A stretch of DNA of 63,351 nt, filler included, from an uncultured Methanosarcinales archaeon (GCA_964434885.1; 4 parts of 4 records of this genome joined end to end with filler, not necessarily neighbours in it); one strand, 5' to 3'; numbered from the whole stretch's first letter, positions 39,054 through 49,400 are shown. Numbers and translations: made by a program. The notes: generated by a model not told the origin, from the sequence alone.

Positions 39054-40070
39054 TTAAGTTTGTTTAGTAAAAATATTTTCAAATTCATCTAAAAATTGTT
39101 TGGTTATTTTTTCACTGTGAATAATCAAAATATTTTCATCATTTCTTTTGTCTCCGCTGTTAGAAGGGTTGAAAGAACCAGTGATTGTGGTTTGGTTGTC
39201 GATTAAGAATACTTTATGGTGCATGTTATTCTTGTTATTGTCCTTAATAACATCTAAACCTTGGTGTTTTAGTAGTTCATATTTTGAGTATTTGGAAACT
39301 TGTCTGGCTTCGAAGATACCTTTTACTGAAACACCTGATTGGTTTCTTAATAGAATTGTGTTGGCAATTCCATCGTGAGTAAAGCTGAAAGTCATAAAGT
39401 GGATTGAAGTTTGGGCTTTGTTTAGTTCTTCTTTTACTTGATTAGCACATTTATCTTCTGGGCAGAAATAATTTTCTATTTCAATATTGTTTAATTTGAT
39501 TTTAGGATTTAAGATTGGTTTTCCTTTTTTGAAAGTTCCATTCCACATTTCTTGAAATTCATCTTCGTAATTTTGAGCTAGGATTTTGGAGTTAATTAAA
39601 ATTAAATTATTGTTGTTTTTGTAAGCGCCATTGTTAGTAGGGTTCATTGAACCAGTGGATATCTTTTTGTTGTCAATAATACAAAATTTGTTATGCATCA
39701 AACTCCATGTATCTGTTTTTACGAAAGAACGATTGTACTTTTTGATGTAATTGTTATCGGTGATTACCTTGACTTTGATTTCATTTGCTTTTTTATCTAA
39801 GATTTGCTTGACTGAATCTAATCCAATGTCAAATAAAGCACAATGGATTGAGTTTTGAGCTGAATTGATGAAATTAACTAAGGTTTGTTCACAATTATTT
39901 TTTGGGCAAAAGTAAACATTTATGTTTCCTTCATCTAAAACTAAAGAAGTTGTTGGGTTAATGGGATCTTTAATTACCATTCCAGTTAGATTGTTAAGAT
40001 CTAAGTCTGTGAAATAATAACTAAAGAAACCTAGAATTATTATTAGGAATAGTAACCAGCTCTTTTTCAT
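39054..40070 (-). CDS. Secreted/anchored phospholipase D-family protein (two HKD motifs; nuclease or PLD)
   Basis: MHNKFCIID..GSMN and MHHKVFLID..GSFN; N-terminal TM. Confidence 0.9.
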   Translation of the reverse strand: MKKSWLLFLIIILGFFSYYFTDLDLNNLTGMVIKDPINPTTSLVLDEGNINVYFCPKNNCEQTLVNFINSAQNSIHCALFDIGLDSVKQILDKKANEIKVKVITDNNYIKKYNRSFVKTDTWSLMHNKFCIIDNKKISTGSMNPTNNGAYKNNNNLILINSKILAQNYEDEFQEMWNGTFKKGKPILNPKIKLNNIEIENYFCPEDKCANQVKEELNKAQTSIHFMTFSFTHDGIANTILLRNQSGVSVKGIFEARQVSKYSKYELLKHQGLDVIKDNNKNNMHHKVFLIDNQTTITGSFNPSNSGDKRNDENILIIHSEKITKQFLDEFENIFTKQT

Positions 40071-40095
40071 TGATAATTAAAAAAAGAAATAATAT

Positions 40096-40299
40096 TTAAA
40101 CTTTTTTCTTGTGTTCTTCAATCATTCTTTGGACTAATAAATCTAGATTGTCGCAGAATGCTTGCATTTTTCTTTGTTGTTCTTCGTAATTTATAGTGTG
40201 GAGGGATGAATTTTCTTCTTCATTAGAATGAAATAAAGAAGGAGGATAGGGTTGAAGATGGGAAAAGTAAGTTTGCATTACTCTTTTTACTCCCAAACT
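40096..40299 (-). CDS. 3' fragment of a hypothetical gene at the contig end
   Basis: Frame open to the linker. Confidence 0.35.
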   Translation of the reverse strand, partial: SLGVKRVMQTYFSHLQPYPPSLFHSNEEENSSLHTINYEEQQRKMQAFCDNLDLLVQRMIEEHKKKV

Positions 40300-40399
40300 N
40301 NNNNNNNNNNNNNNNNNNNNNNNNNNNNNNNNNNNNNNNNNNNTTAATTAATTAANNNNNNNNNNNNNNNNNNNNNNNNNNNNNNNNNNNNNNNNNNNN
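40300..40399. other. Artificial contig linker
   Basis: N run + TTAATTAATTAA + N run. Confidence 0.98.
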
Positions 40400-40452
40400 A
40401 TAATACATCACCAAGATGTATTATACTGTGCCCTTAAAACGTGATACTACAA
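40400..40452. repeat. Second copy (reverse complement) of the 53-bp hairpin-containing sequence, at the start of contig 3
   Basis: Matches 20085..20137; flanks diverge beyond it. Confidence 0.9.
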
Positions 40453-40507
40453 GTGTACTTTACTTCAATAAGGTTTTTATATTGATTGAGAAACTTGGCA
40501 AATATCA

Positions 40508-42346
40508 ATGCAAGGAATAATTTTGGCTGCGGGAATGGGGAAAAGATTATTGCCACTAACTAAACATAAGCCCAAGGCTATGGTTAAAGTATTAGGTAAA
40601 CCAATCTTAGAATATGTTATGGAAGGGTTGGCCAGGAAACAAATTTCTGAGATCATTATTGTAGTTGGTTATTGTAAAGATGCCATTATTAATTACTTTG
40701 GAGATAATTACAAAGGAGTTAGAATAACCTATGTCCATAATGATGATTACAATAAAACCAACAACATATATTCTTTGAAGTTGGGTCTTGAAAAAATCAA
40801 AGAAGATTTTATTCTTTGTGAAGGTGATGTGGTTTTTGAACCAAAGATGTTGGATTTTATTAAAGAAAACTCAAATAAGAATTTGGTTTTTGTTAGTAAA
40901 TATCAATCGTATATGGATGGAACAGTAGTTAAATACAATAAGTCAAGTAAAAGAATAACAGAATTGATTACTGGCGCTAATCAAGGGGAATCTTACGACT
41001 ATTCGGAAGCATATAAGACCATCAATTTATATTATTTAACTTATGATTTTTTGCAAAAACATTTCAAACCAACTTTGGAATTATATTTAACTAACCACGA
41101 TATGAGTGGATACTATGAAATAATTTTGGGAGCATTATTGTATATGGACAATGAGGATCTTTATGCTTGTGAAATAGATAAATTAAAGTGGTTTGAAATA
41201 GATGACGCCAATGATATGGAAATGGCAGAATATATTTTTTCAAAGGATAAACTTAATTTGATAGATAAACAATATGGTGGTTATTGGAGATATGAATTCT
41301 TAGATTTTTGTTATTTGTTTAATTGTTACTTTCCAAATAAAAACTTCTACTCAAAATTGGGACATGATTTACCTCAGTTGATTAATAATTATCCTTCAGG
41401 ACATGCCAAACTGAATAAAATGTTAGCTACGTGGTATAAAGAAGATAGCTTTCACCCAGACAATTTAATAATTGGGAATGGGACTTCGGAAATTATTCGA
41501 ATAATAAACAAAACCATTGTTAAAAAAATTACTATCCCCCTCCCTACTTTTAACGAATATGAAAACAAACTGGATGAAAGTCAAATAAACTATTTCGTCT
41601 TACCCAAGGATAAGGGATTTCAATTAATAAAGGAAGACTTTGTAAAAAGTATAAAAGATTCGAATAGCAACGTGGCATTAATAATTAATCCCAACAATCC
41701 AACGGGAGGCATAATTACCAAACAAGAAATAGCTTGGATTTTAGAACAGATAACAGAAGTAGTAGTTATTGTTGATGAGTCTTTTATTGACTTTTCAGGT
41801 GACAGAGAAAAATATTCAGCTCAGGATTTAGTAAATGAATACCCCAATTTGGTGATTCTTAGGAGTATCAGTAAAGAGTTTGGAGTGCCAGGAATTAGAT
41901 TGGGTTATATACTGACGGAAAATAAATTAGTTAAAAACACGATAATGAAAAATTTGCCAATTTGGAATATTAATTCTATTGCAGAGTACTTTATCGAAAA
42001 TTTTGGTAATTATCAAAAGAGTTATGAAAAATCCATTCAGAAAATGATTGCAGATAGGAATGAGTTTCACCAAAATTTGAGCAAAATTAATTATTTGAAA
42101 ATTTTGCCTTCTCATGCTAATTTCTTCTTTGGTGAGGTGGAAGGTTCGGCACAAATGTTGAAAGAAAAACTCTTCAGCGATTATAAAATACTGATTAAGA
42201 ATTGCTCCAATAAAAAACCTCTAGAAAATGATAATTATGTTAGAATCTCATTAAAGAATAAAGAAGATAACAATAAACTAATAGCTGCCTTGATGTCCTT
42301 GAGAAAAAACCACCTAATTGAAACTCAACAAACTGAATGGAGATAA
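40508..42346 (+). CDS. Fusion of a LicC/PntC-like nucleotidyltransferase and a class I/II PLP enzyme (HisC/CobD-like)
   Basis: IILAAGMGKRL..PKAM, TNNIYSL, EGDVV, WFEIDD; then GNGTSE, INPNNPTG, VDESFIDF, RSISKEFGVPGIRLGY. Confidence 0.88.
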   Translation: MQGIILAAGMGKRLLPLTKHKPKAMVKVLGKPILEYVMEGLARKQISEIIIVVGYCKDAIINYFGDNYKGVRITYVHNDDYNKTNNIYSLKLGLEKIKEDFILCEGDVVFEPKMLDFIKENSNKNLVFVSKYQSYMDGTVVKYNKSSKRITELITGANQGESYDYSEAYKTINLYYLTYDFLQKHFKPTLELYLTNHDMSGYYEIILGALLYMDNEDLYACEIDKLKWFEIDDANDMEMAEYIFSKDKLNLIDKQYGGYWRYEFLDFCYLFNCYFPNKNFYSKLGHDLPQLINNYPSGHAKLNKMLATWYKEDSFHPDNLIIGNGTSEIIRIINKTIVKKITIPLPTFNEYENKLDESQINYFVLPKDKGFQLIKEDFVKSIKDSNSNVALIINPNNPTGGIITKQEIAWILEQITEVVVIVDESFIDFSGDREKYSAQDLVNEYPNLVILRSISKEFGVPGIRLGYILTENKLVKNTIMKNLPIWNINSIAEYFIENFGNYQKSYEKSIQKMIADRNEFHQNLSKINYLKILPSHANFFFGEVEGSAQMLKEKLFSDYKILIKNCSNKKPLENDNYVRISLKNKEDNNKLIAALMSLRKNHLIETQQTEWR

Positions 42347-42380
42347 GAATTCGGCCAAAAATTTATTCCAATAATCTAAA

Positions 42381-43184
42381 ATGCATCTCAAACTAAAGCT
42401 TTTTTTAACCAAACAAATACTGGATAATTGTGATGTACACCAGTCTTACTTAGTTCACTCTTTAGTTCCAGAAATAGAAGGCACCCCATCCATATTATCC
42501 AAAACTTATTCCAATACATTGAATAGTGTACCTAATTTTTTGGAAAGTATTTTAACCATTTTTTGTGGACAGAAAAGGATAATCGCCCAACAAGCCTATG
42601 AGTTTCAGAAATTAGTGAATAATCAGAAAGAATTTATGAACTTAATAAATGAACACCAAAACCAAATCGGTTTGGATGATCTCACAATAAATGACAATAA
42701 AGTAGATGCTGCATTGGCAATACTTAGTAATATATATTTTGAAAGTTTCACTCGTCCCATTCAATTTTTCTTACCTCATTCATCCGCTTGTTCTGGACAG
42801 TGGACTTTGTGGGAAAAAAACAACTATTTTGAATTATTAAATAGAATAAATGATAAAGAATTCATTTTTTTCTTTACCAAAAATGCCATGGAAAAAAAAA
42901 GCCTAACCATCAAATTTAAGCCAGAACATTTTCCCGAAATCGTAAGAAGAAGATTGATGAAAGATAATTCTCTAGGCAAAAAATTGGACAAAGAAGCTAT
43001 GATCAAAGCATTAATCATTCGATTAGGTGAAATGGCTAAACCCAATATCAACTATGAAGTAATTGATTATTGTATTAGAAGTTTTTTCACTTATTTGGGT
43101 GTCAAAAAATATCTGAGAGTTGATCGTGAAATGGAATTCTTGAGAAGATTTGAAATAAAGGTGAAAGAGATTTTAAATGAGTAA
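42381..43184 (+). CDS. Hypothetical protein
   Basis: 267-aa ORF with no confident motif. Confidence 0.6.
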   Translation: MHLKLKLFLTKQILDNCDVHQSYLVHSLVPEIEGTPSILSKTYSNTLNSVPNFLESILTIFCGQKRIIAQQAYEFQKLVNNQKEFMNLINEHQNQIGLDDLTINDNKVDAALAILSNIYFESFTRPIQFFLPHSSACSGQWTLWEKNNYFELLNRINDKEFIFFFTKNAMEKKSLTIKFKPEHFPEIVRRRLMKDNSLGKKLDKEAMIKALIIRLGEMAKPNINYEVIDYCIRSFFTYLGVKKYLRVDREMEFLRRFEIKVKEILNE

Positions 43185-43916
43185 TTGGTGGATTTTTCTT
43201 TGTAAAGCTAGAATTCTTTTTTCTCCCTTTTCTGAGTCATTGATCCCTCTAACTAGATGGGTATTTTCCGAGTAACGGGCCCTGATGTCATTCATTCTAA
43301 GGTTAGGTCCGACGTAGTTAATACCACAGGACATATCTGCCAGCATAATTAAATCTGAAGCAAAAGGATAAATGCGGCCATGACAGAATTCTGTTTCTGT
43401 TAAGTCGAGGAAATCACCTGCTTCATGAAGCATTTTCAAGACAGTTTCTTCCCCTGGTTGATGGGGTTGAGCCAAGCTAGCCAAATCAGAACAACCATTA
43501 TCTTTGAACAGTAAATAAGCCATATGTTCATGAGCATATTGGTAATTTTCTTTTAGCAAAAGTTTAGCTATATCATGACTTCCCCCAGCATATTCCATTT
43601 CTGGAGGACTGAAAGGTAAATCTCTTTGTTGGAAGTCTGGGTGTTTGTCAAGTAATTTTTGAGTTAAACCTGCAGCATATTCCCCAACCACCCAAGAATG
43701 TCGGTCAAAGAATAAAACATCTGTTACTTGGGGTCGAGCTCTTTTTTGATCTTCTTTAATCATAAACAGATATATTTTTCTGGCTTCGATGACATCAATA
43801 TCTGTCCCTCTTTCTTTCCAAACAAATATAAAATTCTGAAATAAGTTCATGATTTCATCTGATACATCCAAGTATTTTTCTAAGGTTGAACGAATATTTA
43901 AATTTGCCATTTTCAT
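43173..43916 (-). CDS. HD-domain metal-dependent phosphohydrolase
   Basis: RHSWVV...SHDIAK...HEHMAY...QPH...LADM. Confidence 0.75.
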   Translation of the reverse strand: MKMANLNIRSTLEKYLDVSDEIMNLFQNFIFVWKERGTDIDVIEARKIYLFMIKEDQKRARPQVTDVLFFDRHSWVVGEYAAGLTQKLLDKHPDFQQRDLPFSPPEMEYAGGSHDIAKLLLKENYQYAHEHMAYLLFKDNGCSDLASLAQPHQPGEETVLKMLHEAGDFLDLTETEFCHGRIYPFASDLIMLADMSCGINYVGPNLRMNDIRARYSENTHLVRGINDSEKGEKRILALQRKIHQLLI

Positions 43917-43950
43917 TACTTTTTAATAATTACTCTTCTGCAAATAATGA

Positions 43951-43981
43951 TATATAAGCCTTTCGGTGAAAGGTTTTTAAA
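43951..43981. promoter_or_regulatory. Back-to-back BRE-TATA promoters for the HD gene and the cytidylyltransferase-phn operon
   Basis: tatataagcctttc-ggt-gaaaggtttttaaa: CCGAAAGGCTTATATA on minus, GAAAGGTTTTTAAA on plus, about 35 and 26 nt from the two ATGs. Confidence 0.6.
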
Positions 43982-44006
43982 CCACTTCATTTCCTCAATT
44001 TCAAAG

Positions 44007-44402
44007 ATGAAGATTGTGTATACATATATTTGCGGAGACATCTTACATGAAGGACATTTGGTGTATTTGGAAAATGCTAAATCTTTAGGGGATAAACTTA
44101 TTGTGGGAGTACTGACGGATGAAGCAGTAATGGAAAAAAAGAAAAAGCCAATGATCTCTTTCAGAGAAAGATTAAGATTAACGAGATCTCTCCATTGTGT
44201 TGATTGTGCTGTTCCACAGAATGAATATGCACCACTTAATAACTTGAAGGCAATACAGCCAGATGTGCTAGTGGAAAGCACTAGTCACATTGGAAATCGT
44301 TATCTTAAAAAACTAAAAAAAGTATTTGGTGGCAGAATAATAATGTTGCCATATTACAAAGAACAATCAAGTACAGCTATAAAAAATAAAATTAATCAGT
44401 AA
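44007..44402 (+). CDS. Stand-alone cytidylyltransferase (HIGH-type; TagD / PEP-mutase N-terminal CyTase-like)
   Basis: GDILHEGH, LIVGVLTDEAV, ER, PY...SST.IK; ATG 44007 preferred; 13 nt upstream of phnD. Confidence 0.85.
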   Translation: MKIVYTYICGDILHEGHLVYLENAKSLGDKLIVGVLTDEAVMEKKKKPMISFRERLRLTRSLHCVDCAVPQNEYAPLNNLKAIQPDVLVESTSHIGNRYLKKLKKVFGGRIIMLPYYKEQSSTAIKNKINQ

Positions 44403-44415
44403 AGGTGGTGAGAAA

Positions 44416-45426
44416 ATGAAGAATGAATTTTTGGTTAAAAAAAACAAAAAGAGGCTTTTGTCGTTAAAAAAGATTACAGGGAGTGTGATAGTGAGTTTGA
44501 TATTTTTAAGTTTAATTTTATCTTTGACTGCTTGTCAAGCTACCCAAAATAAACCCGGCTCGACTATTGTAAATACTGGAAATAAATTGACCACGATCAA
44601 TAATGGAGAAGGAATAAAAGAATTGAAGATGGGTCTTATTCCAGCTGATGATGCAGAAGAAATGTTAAGAAATTATGAGCCAGTGAGAAAATACTTGTCG
44701 ACGCAATTGGGTATCCCGGTAAAAATTCAAGTTACTTCAGATTATACTGCAGCCATCGAAGCGATGAGGGCTAAACATATTGATATGGCTTGGTTCGGGC
44801 CTTTTTCCTATGTCATAGCTGCCAATGTTGCTGGAGCGGAAGCAATTGTCAATGGGGTAAAATCAAGCACAAGTAGTTCATCATATCGCTCCGTTATTGT
44901 AGCTAATGCGAATAGTGGGGTAAAAAGTTTGAATGACCTGAAAGGAAAAACTTTTGCCTTCGTTGATCCGGCTTCAACTTCTGGTAATTTGATACCAAGG
45001 AAAATGTTAATTGAGGCTGGGATTAACCCCGATAAAGATTTTAAAACGAGTTATTATGCAGGCACACATAATGCTGTTATGTACGCAGTTGCCAATGGGA
45101 AAGTTCAGGCCGGAGCCACCGGAGATAATGTGTATAACCGAATGGTTAAGGCTGGTGAAATTAATCCAAAAACCAATAAGATTATTTTCAGTTCACCTGA
45201 TATTCCTGGATCACCAATTGCGGTACGAGGTGATTTACCTAAACTGATTAAGCTGAAGATTCAATTAGCCATGGTTAAAATGGATCAGCAGACAATCCAC
45301 AAAGTTGGTGGATGGGGAGGGATTAGCAAATACAAAACAGTTCAAGACAGCGATTATGATGTAATAAGAAAAACGGCGAAGATTTTAGGAATGGATATTA
45401 CTAAGGCAAAATCTGCCAAGAAGTAA
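44416..45426 (+). CDS. phnD: Phosphonate/phosphite ABC transporter substrate-binding lipoprotein
   Basis: Lipobox LTAC; DYTAAIEAM, GPFSYV, FVDPASTSGNLIP, GTHNAV. Confidence 0.9.
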   Translation: MKNEFLVKKNKKRLLSLKKITGSVIVSLIFLSLILSLTACQATQNKPGSTIVNTGNKLTTINNGEGIKELKMGLIPADDAEEMLRNYEPVRKYLSTQLGIPVKIQVTSDYTAAIEAMRAKHIDMAWFGPFSYVIAANVAGAEAIVNGVKSSTSSSSYRSVIVANANSGVKSLNDLKGKTFAFVDPASTSGNLIPRKMLIEAGINPDKDFKTSYYAGTHNAVMYAVANGKVQAGATGDNVYNRMVKAGEINPKTNKIIFSSPDIPGSPIAVRGDLPKLIKLKIQLAMVKMDQQTIHKVGGWGGISKYKTVQDSDYDVIRKTAKILGMDITKAKSAKK

Positions 45427-45469
45427 ATAAAATTTTTAAATCAGTAGTATCAACAAAATTTCCAATAAG

Positions 45470-46243
45470 ATGATCAAGATACAAAATTTGACTCACACCT
45501 ATAAAAACCGGAAAGAAAAAGCAATTGATGACCTTAATCTACATATTAATCCAGGAGAAAGAGTAGTAATCATTGGTTCCAGTGGTTCTGGTAAATCAAC
45601 TCTACTTAAATGTATTAATAAGTTAATAGATCCTAATGTAGGAGATATTTTGATTAAGGAAGAAAATATTTTAAGATGTCCTATCAAAAAAGTAGAGAAA
45701 TTAAGGGGAAAGATTGGAATGGTTTTTCAGAATTTCAATCTAATTGAGAGGGAGACAGTTTTGAAAAATGTTTTGAATGGAAGACTGAAGTATAATAGTT
45801 CATTGAGAACCCTTCTCGGAAGATTTTCTGAAGAAGATTATGCTGTAGTCAGAGAAAATTTGCAGACTGTTGGTTTAGAAGGCTATGAAAAAGAAAGAGT
45901 AAATAATTTAAGTGGAGGTCAGAAGCAAAGAGTAGCCATAGCGAGAGCTTTATCACAAAAACCAGACATAATTTTGGCAGACGAACCGGTTTCCAGCTTG
46001 GATCCCAAATTGATGAAAGAAATCATGGATTTGTTAAAAAAGATTTGTGATGAAAGTGGAATCACTCTCATAACTAGTCTACATTTTTTGGAATTTGCCA
46101 AACGTTATGGGTCTCGAATTATTGGATTGAAAGAAGGCCGAATTGTTTTTGATGGGGCACCAGCAGATTTGACCGAAAAAGATATTGTCGATATCTATGG
46201 GAAAACCAAAGACTGGTATCTGAATGGAAAAGCTGAGTTTTAA
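45470..46243 (+). CDS. phnC: Phosphonate ABC transporter ATPase
   Basis: GSSGSGKST, NVLNGRL, LSGGQKQRVAIARAL, LADEPVSSLDP, SLH. Confidence 0.92.
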   Translation: MIKIQNLTHTYKNRKEKAIDDLNLHINPGERVVIIGSSGSGKSTLLKCINKLIDPNVGDILIKEENILRCPIKKVEKLRGKIGMVFQNFNLIERETVLKNVLNGRLKYNSSLRTLLGRFSEEDYAVVRENLQTVGLEGYEKERVNNLSGGQKQRVAIARALSQKPDIILADEPVSSLDPKLMKEIMDLLKKICDESGITLITSLHFLEFAKRYGSRIIGLKEGRIVFDGAPADLTEKDIVDIYGKTKDWYLNGKAEF

Positions 46244-46245
46244 AT

Positions 46246-47046
46246 ATGAAGAAACAAAAAATAAAATTACCTGGCTGGAAATATCAAAGCTTTTTGATTG
46301 GAATAGTGGTGATATTAGTTTATTATTGGGCTTTGAGCGGAACAGATACCAGTCCAACAAATTTTGTTAAAGGAGTTCCTTTTATGATAGATTTTATCAG
46401 TCGTATGTTTCCCCCAGATATCAGCAATCTGGTACATTTCTTATTGAAAGCAGTGGAAACTTTGCAAATGGCTATTGTCGGTTCTAGCATTGGCGCTCTA
46501 ATTGCCTTACCTTTGTCCTTTCTTGCTGCCAGAAACATTATGCCTAATAAAATGGTTTATCATACAATCAGAACGATCTTTGATTCCTTACGTGGAATTA
46601 ATGAAATTGTTTGGGGCCTAATTTTTGTTTCTATGGTGGGATTAGGTCCATTTCCAGGAGTTTTGGCACTCTCTGCCCACGTGACTGGGGCATTAGGAAG
46701 GTATTTTTCTGAGTCAATCGAAACAGTAGATCCAGAGATAATTAAGGCAGTTATTTCTACCGGAGCCAATAAGATTCAAGTGATAACGAGAGGAATTTTC
46801 CCCCAGGTGAAGCCTTTGTTTATTAATTACAGTCTGTATTATCTAGAAAATAATTTTAGGGCTGCTACAGTACTAGGTTTGGTTGGCGCTGGAGGCATTG
46901 GGATGGAATTATTAACTAGTATGAGGCTGTTTAAGAACCAAGAAGTTTTGACTATCTTAATTATCATGATAGTAATGGTTACTATTATCGACCGATTTAG
47001 TGCCTATATCAGAAAGAAAGTAGTTAAAGTGGATTTTGTAGAATAG
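46246..47046 (+). CDS. phnE: Phosphonate ABC transporter permease
   Basis: MFPPD, ETLQMA, GLGPFPGVLAL, ENNFRAATVLGLVGAGGIG. Confidence 0.93.
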   Translation: MKKQKIKLPGWKYQSFLIGIVVILVYYWALSGTDTSPTNFVKGVPFMIDFISRMFPPDISNLVHFLLKAVETLQMAIVGSSIGALIALPLSFLAARNIMPNKMVYHTIRTIFDSLRGINEIVWGLIFVSMVGLGPFPGVLALSAHVTGALGRYFSESIETVDPEIIKAVISTGANKIQVITRGIFPQVKPLFINYSLYYLENNFRAATVLGLVGAGGIGMELLTSMRLFKNQEVLTILIIMIVMVTIIDRFSAYIRKKVVKVDFVE

Positions 47047-47138
47047 GGGATAATTACAAAGAGATTTTGCCTCACAACCAGGTTTTTTATAACTCTTTAT
47101 TTCTAAATATTTATAAATCACTAACTCAAATACTCTAG

Positions 47139-47621
47139 ATGGCAAAAATCCTAATAGTTTTGGGAATGGGAGGACATACTTCCCAGATTTTAAGACTGGT
47201 TGATTTAATTGGTCCTAATTTTAATTACGAATATATCGTGGGACATGATGATCAAACTTCGGTAAAAAAAATAAAATTTCCAGGGAAAGTATATACAATG
47301 ATCAATCCTAGATTAATGAAAGATAAATCTTTGGTTAAAGTTTTTTTTAATATGTTTCCAGCAACTATTCGGGCCTGGAAAATTTTGCGAAAGTCTAAAC
47401 CACATGCAATCGTTAGTGCTGGACCTTCGATGACTATCCCTTTGTTTTGGGTAGCTCGCATTTTGGGAATTAAAACCATTTTTATTGAATCTTGGGTGAG
47501 AGTCTATCATGGTTCACTAACTGGGAAGTTAGTTTATCCAGTTTCTAATTTATTTTTGGTGCAATGGCCGACGATGAAAAAAGTTTATCGGAAAGCTATT
47601 TTTAGTGGGAGATTATCATGA
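47139..47621 (+). CDS. Alg14/Cps14F-like glycosyltransferase subunit
   Basis: VLGMGGHT, SAGP, IFIESW.RV...SLTGK, LVQWP. Confidence 0.88.
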   Translation: MAKILIVLGMGGHTSQILRLVDLIGPNFNYEYIVGHDDQTSVKKIKFPGKVYTMINPRLMKDKSLVKVFFNMFPATIRAWKILRKSKPHAIVSAGPSMTIPLFWVARILGIKTIFIESWVRVYHGSLTGKLVYPVSNLFLVQWPTMKKVYRKAIFSGRLS

Positions 47622-48109
47622 CAGACGAGAAGAGAAGAAAAAAAATATTTGTAACTGTAGGAAATGGTAAATTTGAAACTTTGATTAAAGAAATTGATCG
47701 ATTAAAAGGGACTGGTTTAATAACGGAAGAAGTGGTAATCCAATTAGGGCATGGGGAATATAAACCCAAAAACTGTCAGTGGTTTACTTTCGAATCACCA
47801 TTAGATAAATATTACGAAGATGCAGATTTAATTATCAGTCATGGGGGGCCAGGAATTGTTTTTGAAATTTTACGTAGAGGAAAAAAATTGATTGCTGTAC
47901 CTAACCGAGATCGAACTGACCCAAACCATCAAGTAGAATATTTAAGAGCTATGGCTCAAGAGACTTCGGCTTTGATTTATTGTGATCAAATTAAGTTATT
48001 GGAAAGTTGTTTGAAAAAAGCAGAAAACCATATTTTTGCACAATACAATCAACCAGAATGCAAAATGCATGATGTAGTGAAAGCTTATTTAAAACAAAAT
48101 GTTCAATAA
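47618..48109 (+). CDS. Alg13/Cps14G-like glycosyltransferase subunit (GT28 C-terminal type)
   Basis: IFVTVG..F..L, IQLG, IISHGGPG, VPN....NHQ. Confidence 0.88.
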   Translation: MTDEKRRKKIFVTVGNGKFETLIKEIDRLKGTGLITEEVVIQLGHGEYKPKNCQWFTFESPLDKYYEDADLIISHGGPGIVFEILRRGKKLIAVPNRDRTDPNHQVEYLRAMAQETSALIYCDQIKLLESCLKKAENHIFAQYNQPECKMHDVVKAYLKQNVQ

Positions 48110-49400
48110 AATTATTCAAAAATTCACAAAAAAGCAAGGGGAAACTTCTTCCCACTTAATTAAGACTTTTTTTGTTTATGGTTTTTTCACTTTGGCAGTG
48201 TTGTTAAGTCGAGTGTTGATTGCTCGTTTTTATGGACAAGAATTTTTAGGAATCTTTACTTATTTCTTTAGTTTAGTTAGTTTAGTTTTTTTGTTTACTT
48301 CGTTTGGCTTACCAGAAGCAATTACTCAAACAATTATCAAAGATTCTTCCCGCTTGAAACAAGCACTAAAATATTATTTACCTTTAATTAGTTTAACTAC
48401 TGTTCTCTTTGTAGTTTTAACTTTAATTATTACTAACTATTTTAATTTGAATCCGACATTAAAATATTTTGATGTTGCTGTAATTTTGTATTTAATAATT
48501 TATACTTTTTTTTATACAACTTATTCAATTTTACGTGGATTTAAAAAATTTGTAGCTGGTTCATTTTATTCATTGGTTGGTCGAGTTTTTTTCATAATTT
48601 TTATTCTTCTCTCTTTTTACTTCTCATTAAGTTCAATTTATATTCTGTTTGGAATATCGTTGTCAGTTTTGATTAGTGGTGTTATTTCACTTCCCCAAAT
48701 AACTAAATTATTTGAAAAAACAAAATCCCATTGGAATCAGAAAAAATTCTTATACTTGGCCTTTTCATTATTCTTGATGCAAGTTGGGTTTTATTCTCTA
48801 CGGTTTATTAGCGAGATTGTAATTGGATACTTAGTTGATTTTCAAAGTTTAGGTTTATATTCAGCTCATTCTTCAATTACCAATACAGTTCGTTTAGTAG
48901 CCTATGTTTTTCCAGTAGTGGTTTTGCCAATGGCAGCAATTAGTAAATTTAAACTGAGAACCTCATTGAAAAAAATTTTAGGAGTGTTGGTCCCTTTTGC
49001 ATTATTAGTTTTAATGGCAGCTTATATTTTTGTTCCATTATTTTATGGGGCAGGATATAAATCTCAAAACCTGCCTTTGGCTTTAGTTTTTTCATCAACT
49101 TTGTTAGTGGTGTATTCTTATTTGAATTCTGTATTGGTGGGAGAAAATGTTTTTTCTAAAAAATATTTGAAAATTATTGGTTTCGATTTTATTCTTTCAT
49201 TATTAGTTAACACTAGTTTAAATGTTTGGTTGATACTAAAATGGGGGATAATTGGGGCCCCAATTGCGACTGCAATTACAATAATCTTAAAAATATTATG
49301 GAATCTGTATGGGATTAAGCAAATGAGAAGAAGAAATAATTCAAAAAAACCATATTCAGTTAATAATAACAATAGGAATACCAATAATAAGAATAATTGA
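48099..49400 (+). CDS. Wzx-like oligosaccharide flippase
   Basis: About 12 TM helices, IARFYG...GIF, GLYS, WGIIGA.IAT; in a glycosyltransferase operon. Confidence 0.8.
   Translation: MFNKIIQKFTKKQGETSSHLIKTFFVYGFFTLAVLLSRVLIARFYGQEFLGIFTYFFSLVSLVFLFTSFGLPEAITQTIIKDSSRLKQALKYYLPLISLTTVLFVVLTLIITNYFNLNPTLKYFDVAVILYLIIYTFFYTTYSILRGFKKFVAGSFYSLVGRVFFIIFILLSFYFSLSSIYILFGISLSVLISGVISLPQITKLFEKTKSHWNQKKFLYLAFSLFLMQVGFYSLRFISEIVIGYLVDFQSLGLYSAHSSITNTVRLVAYVFPVVVLPMAAISKFKLRTSLKKILGVLVPFALLVLMAAYIFVPLFYGAGYKSQNLPLALVFSSTLLVVYSYLNSVLVGENVFSKKYLKIIGFDFILSLLVNTSLNVWLILKWGIIGAPIATAITIILKILWNLYGIKQMRRRNNSKKPYSVNNNNRNTNNKNN

Noticed and set aside
42381..43184. Possible degenerate zinc-dependent phospholipase C-like helical protein
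   Set aside because: Only a vague resemblance and the expected His ligands are absent; left as hypothetical.
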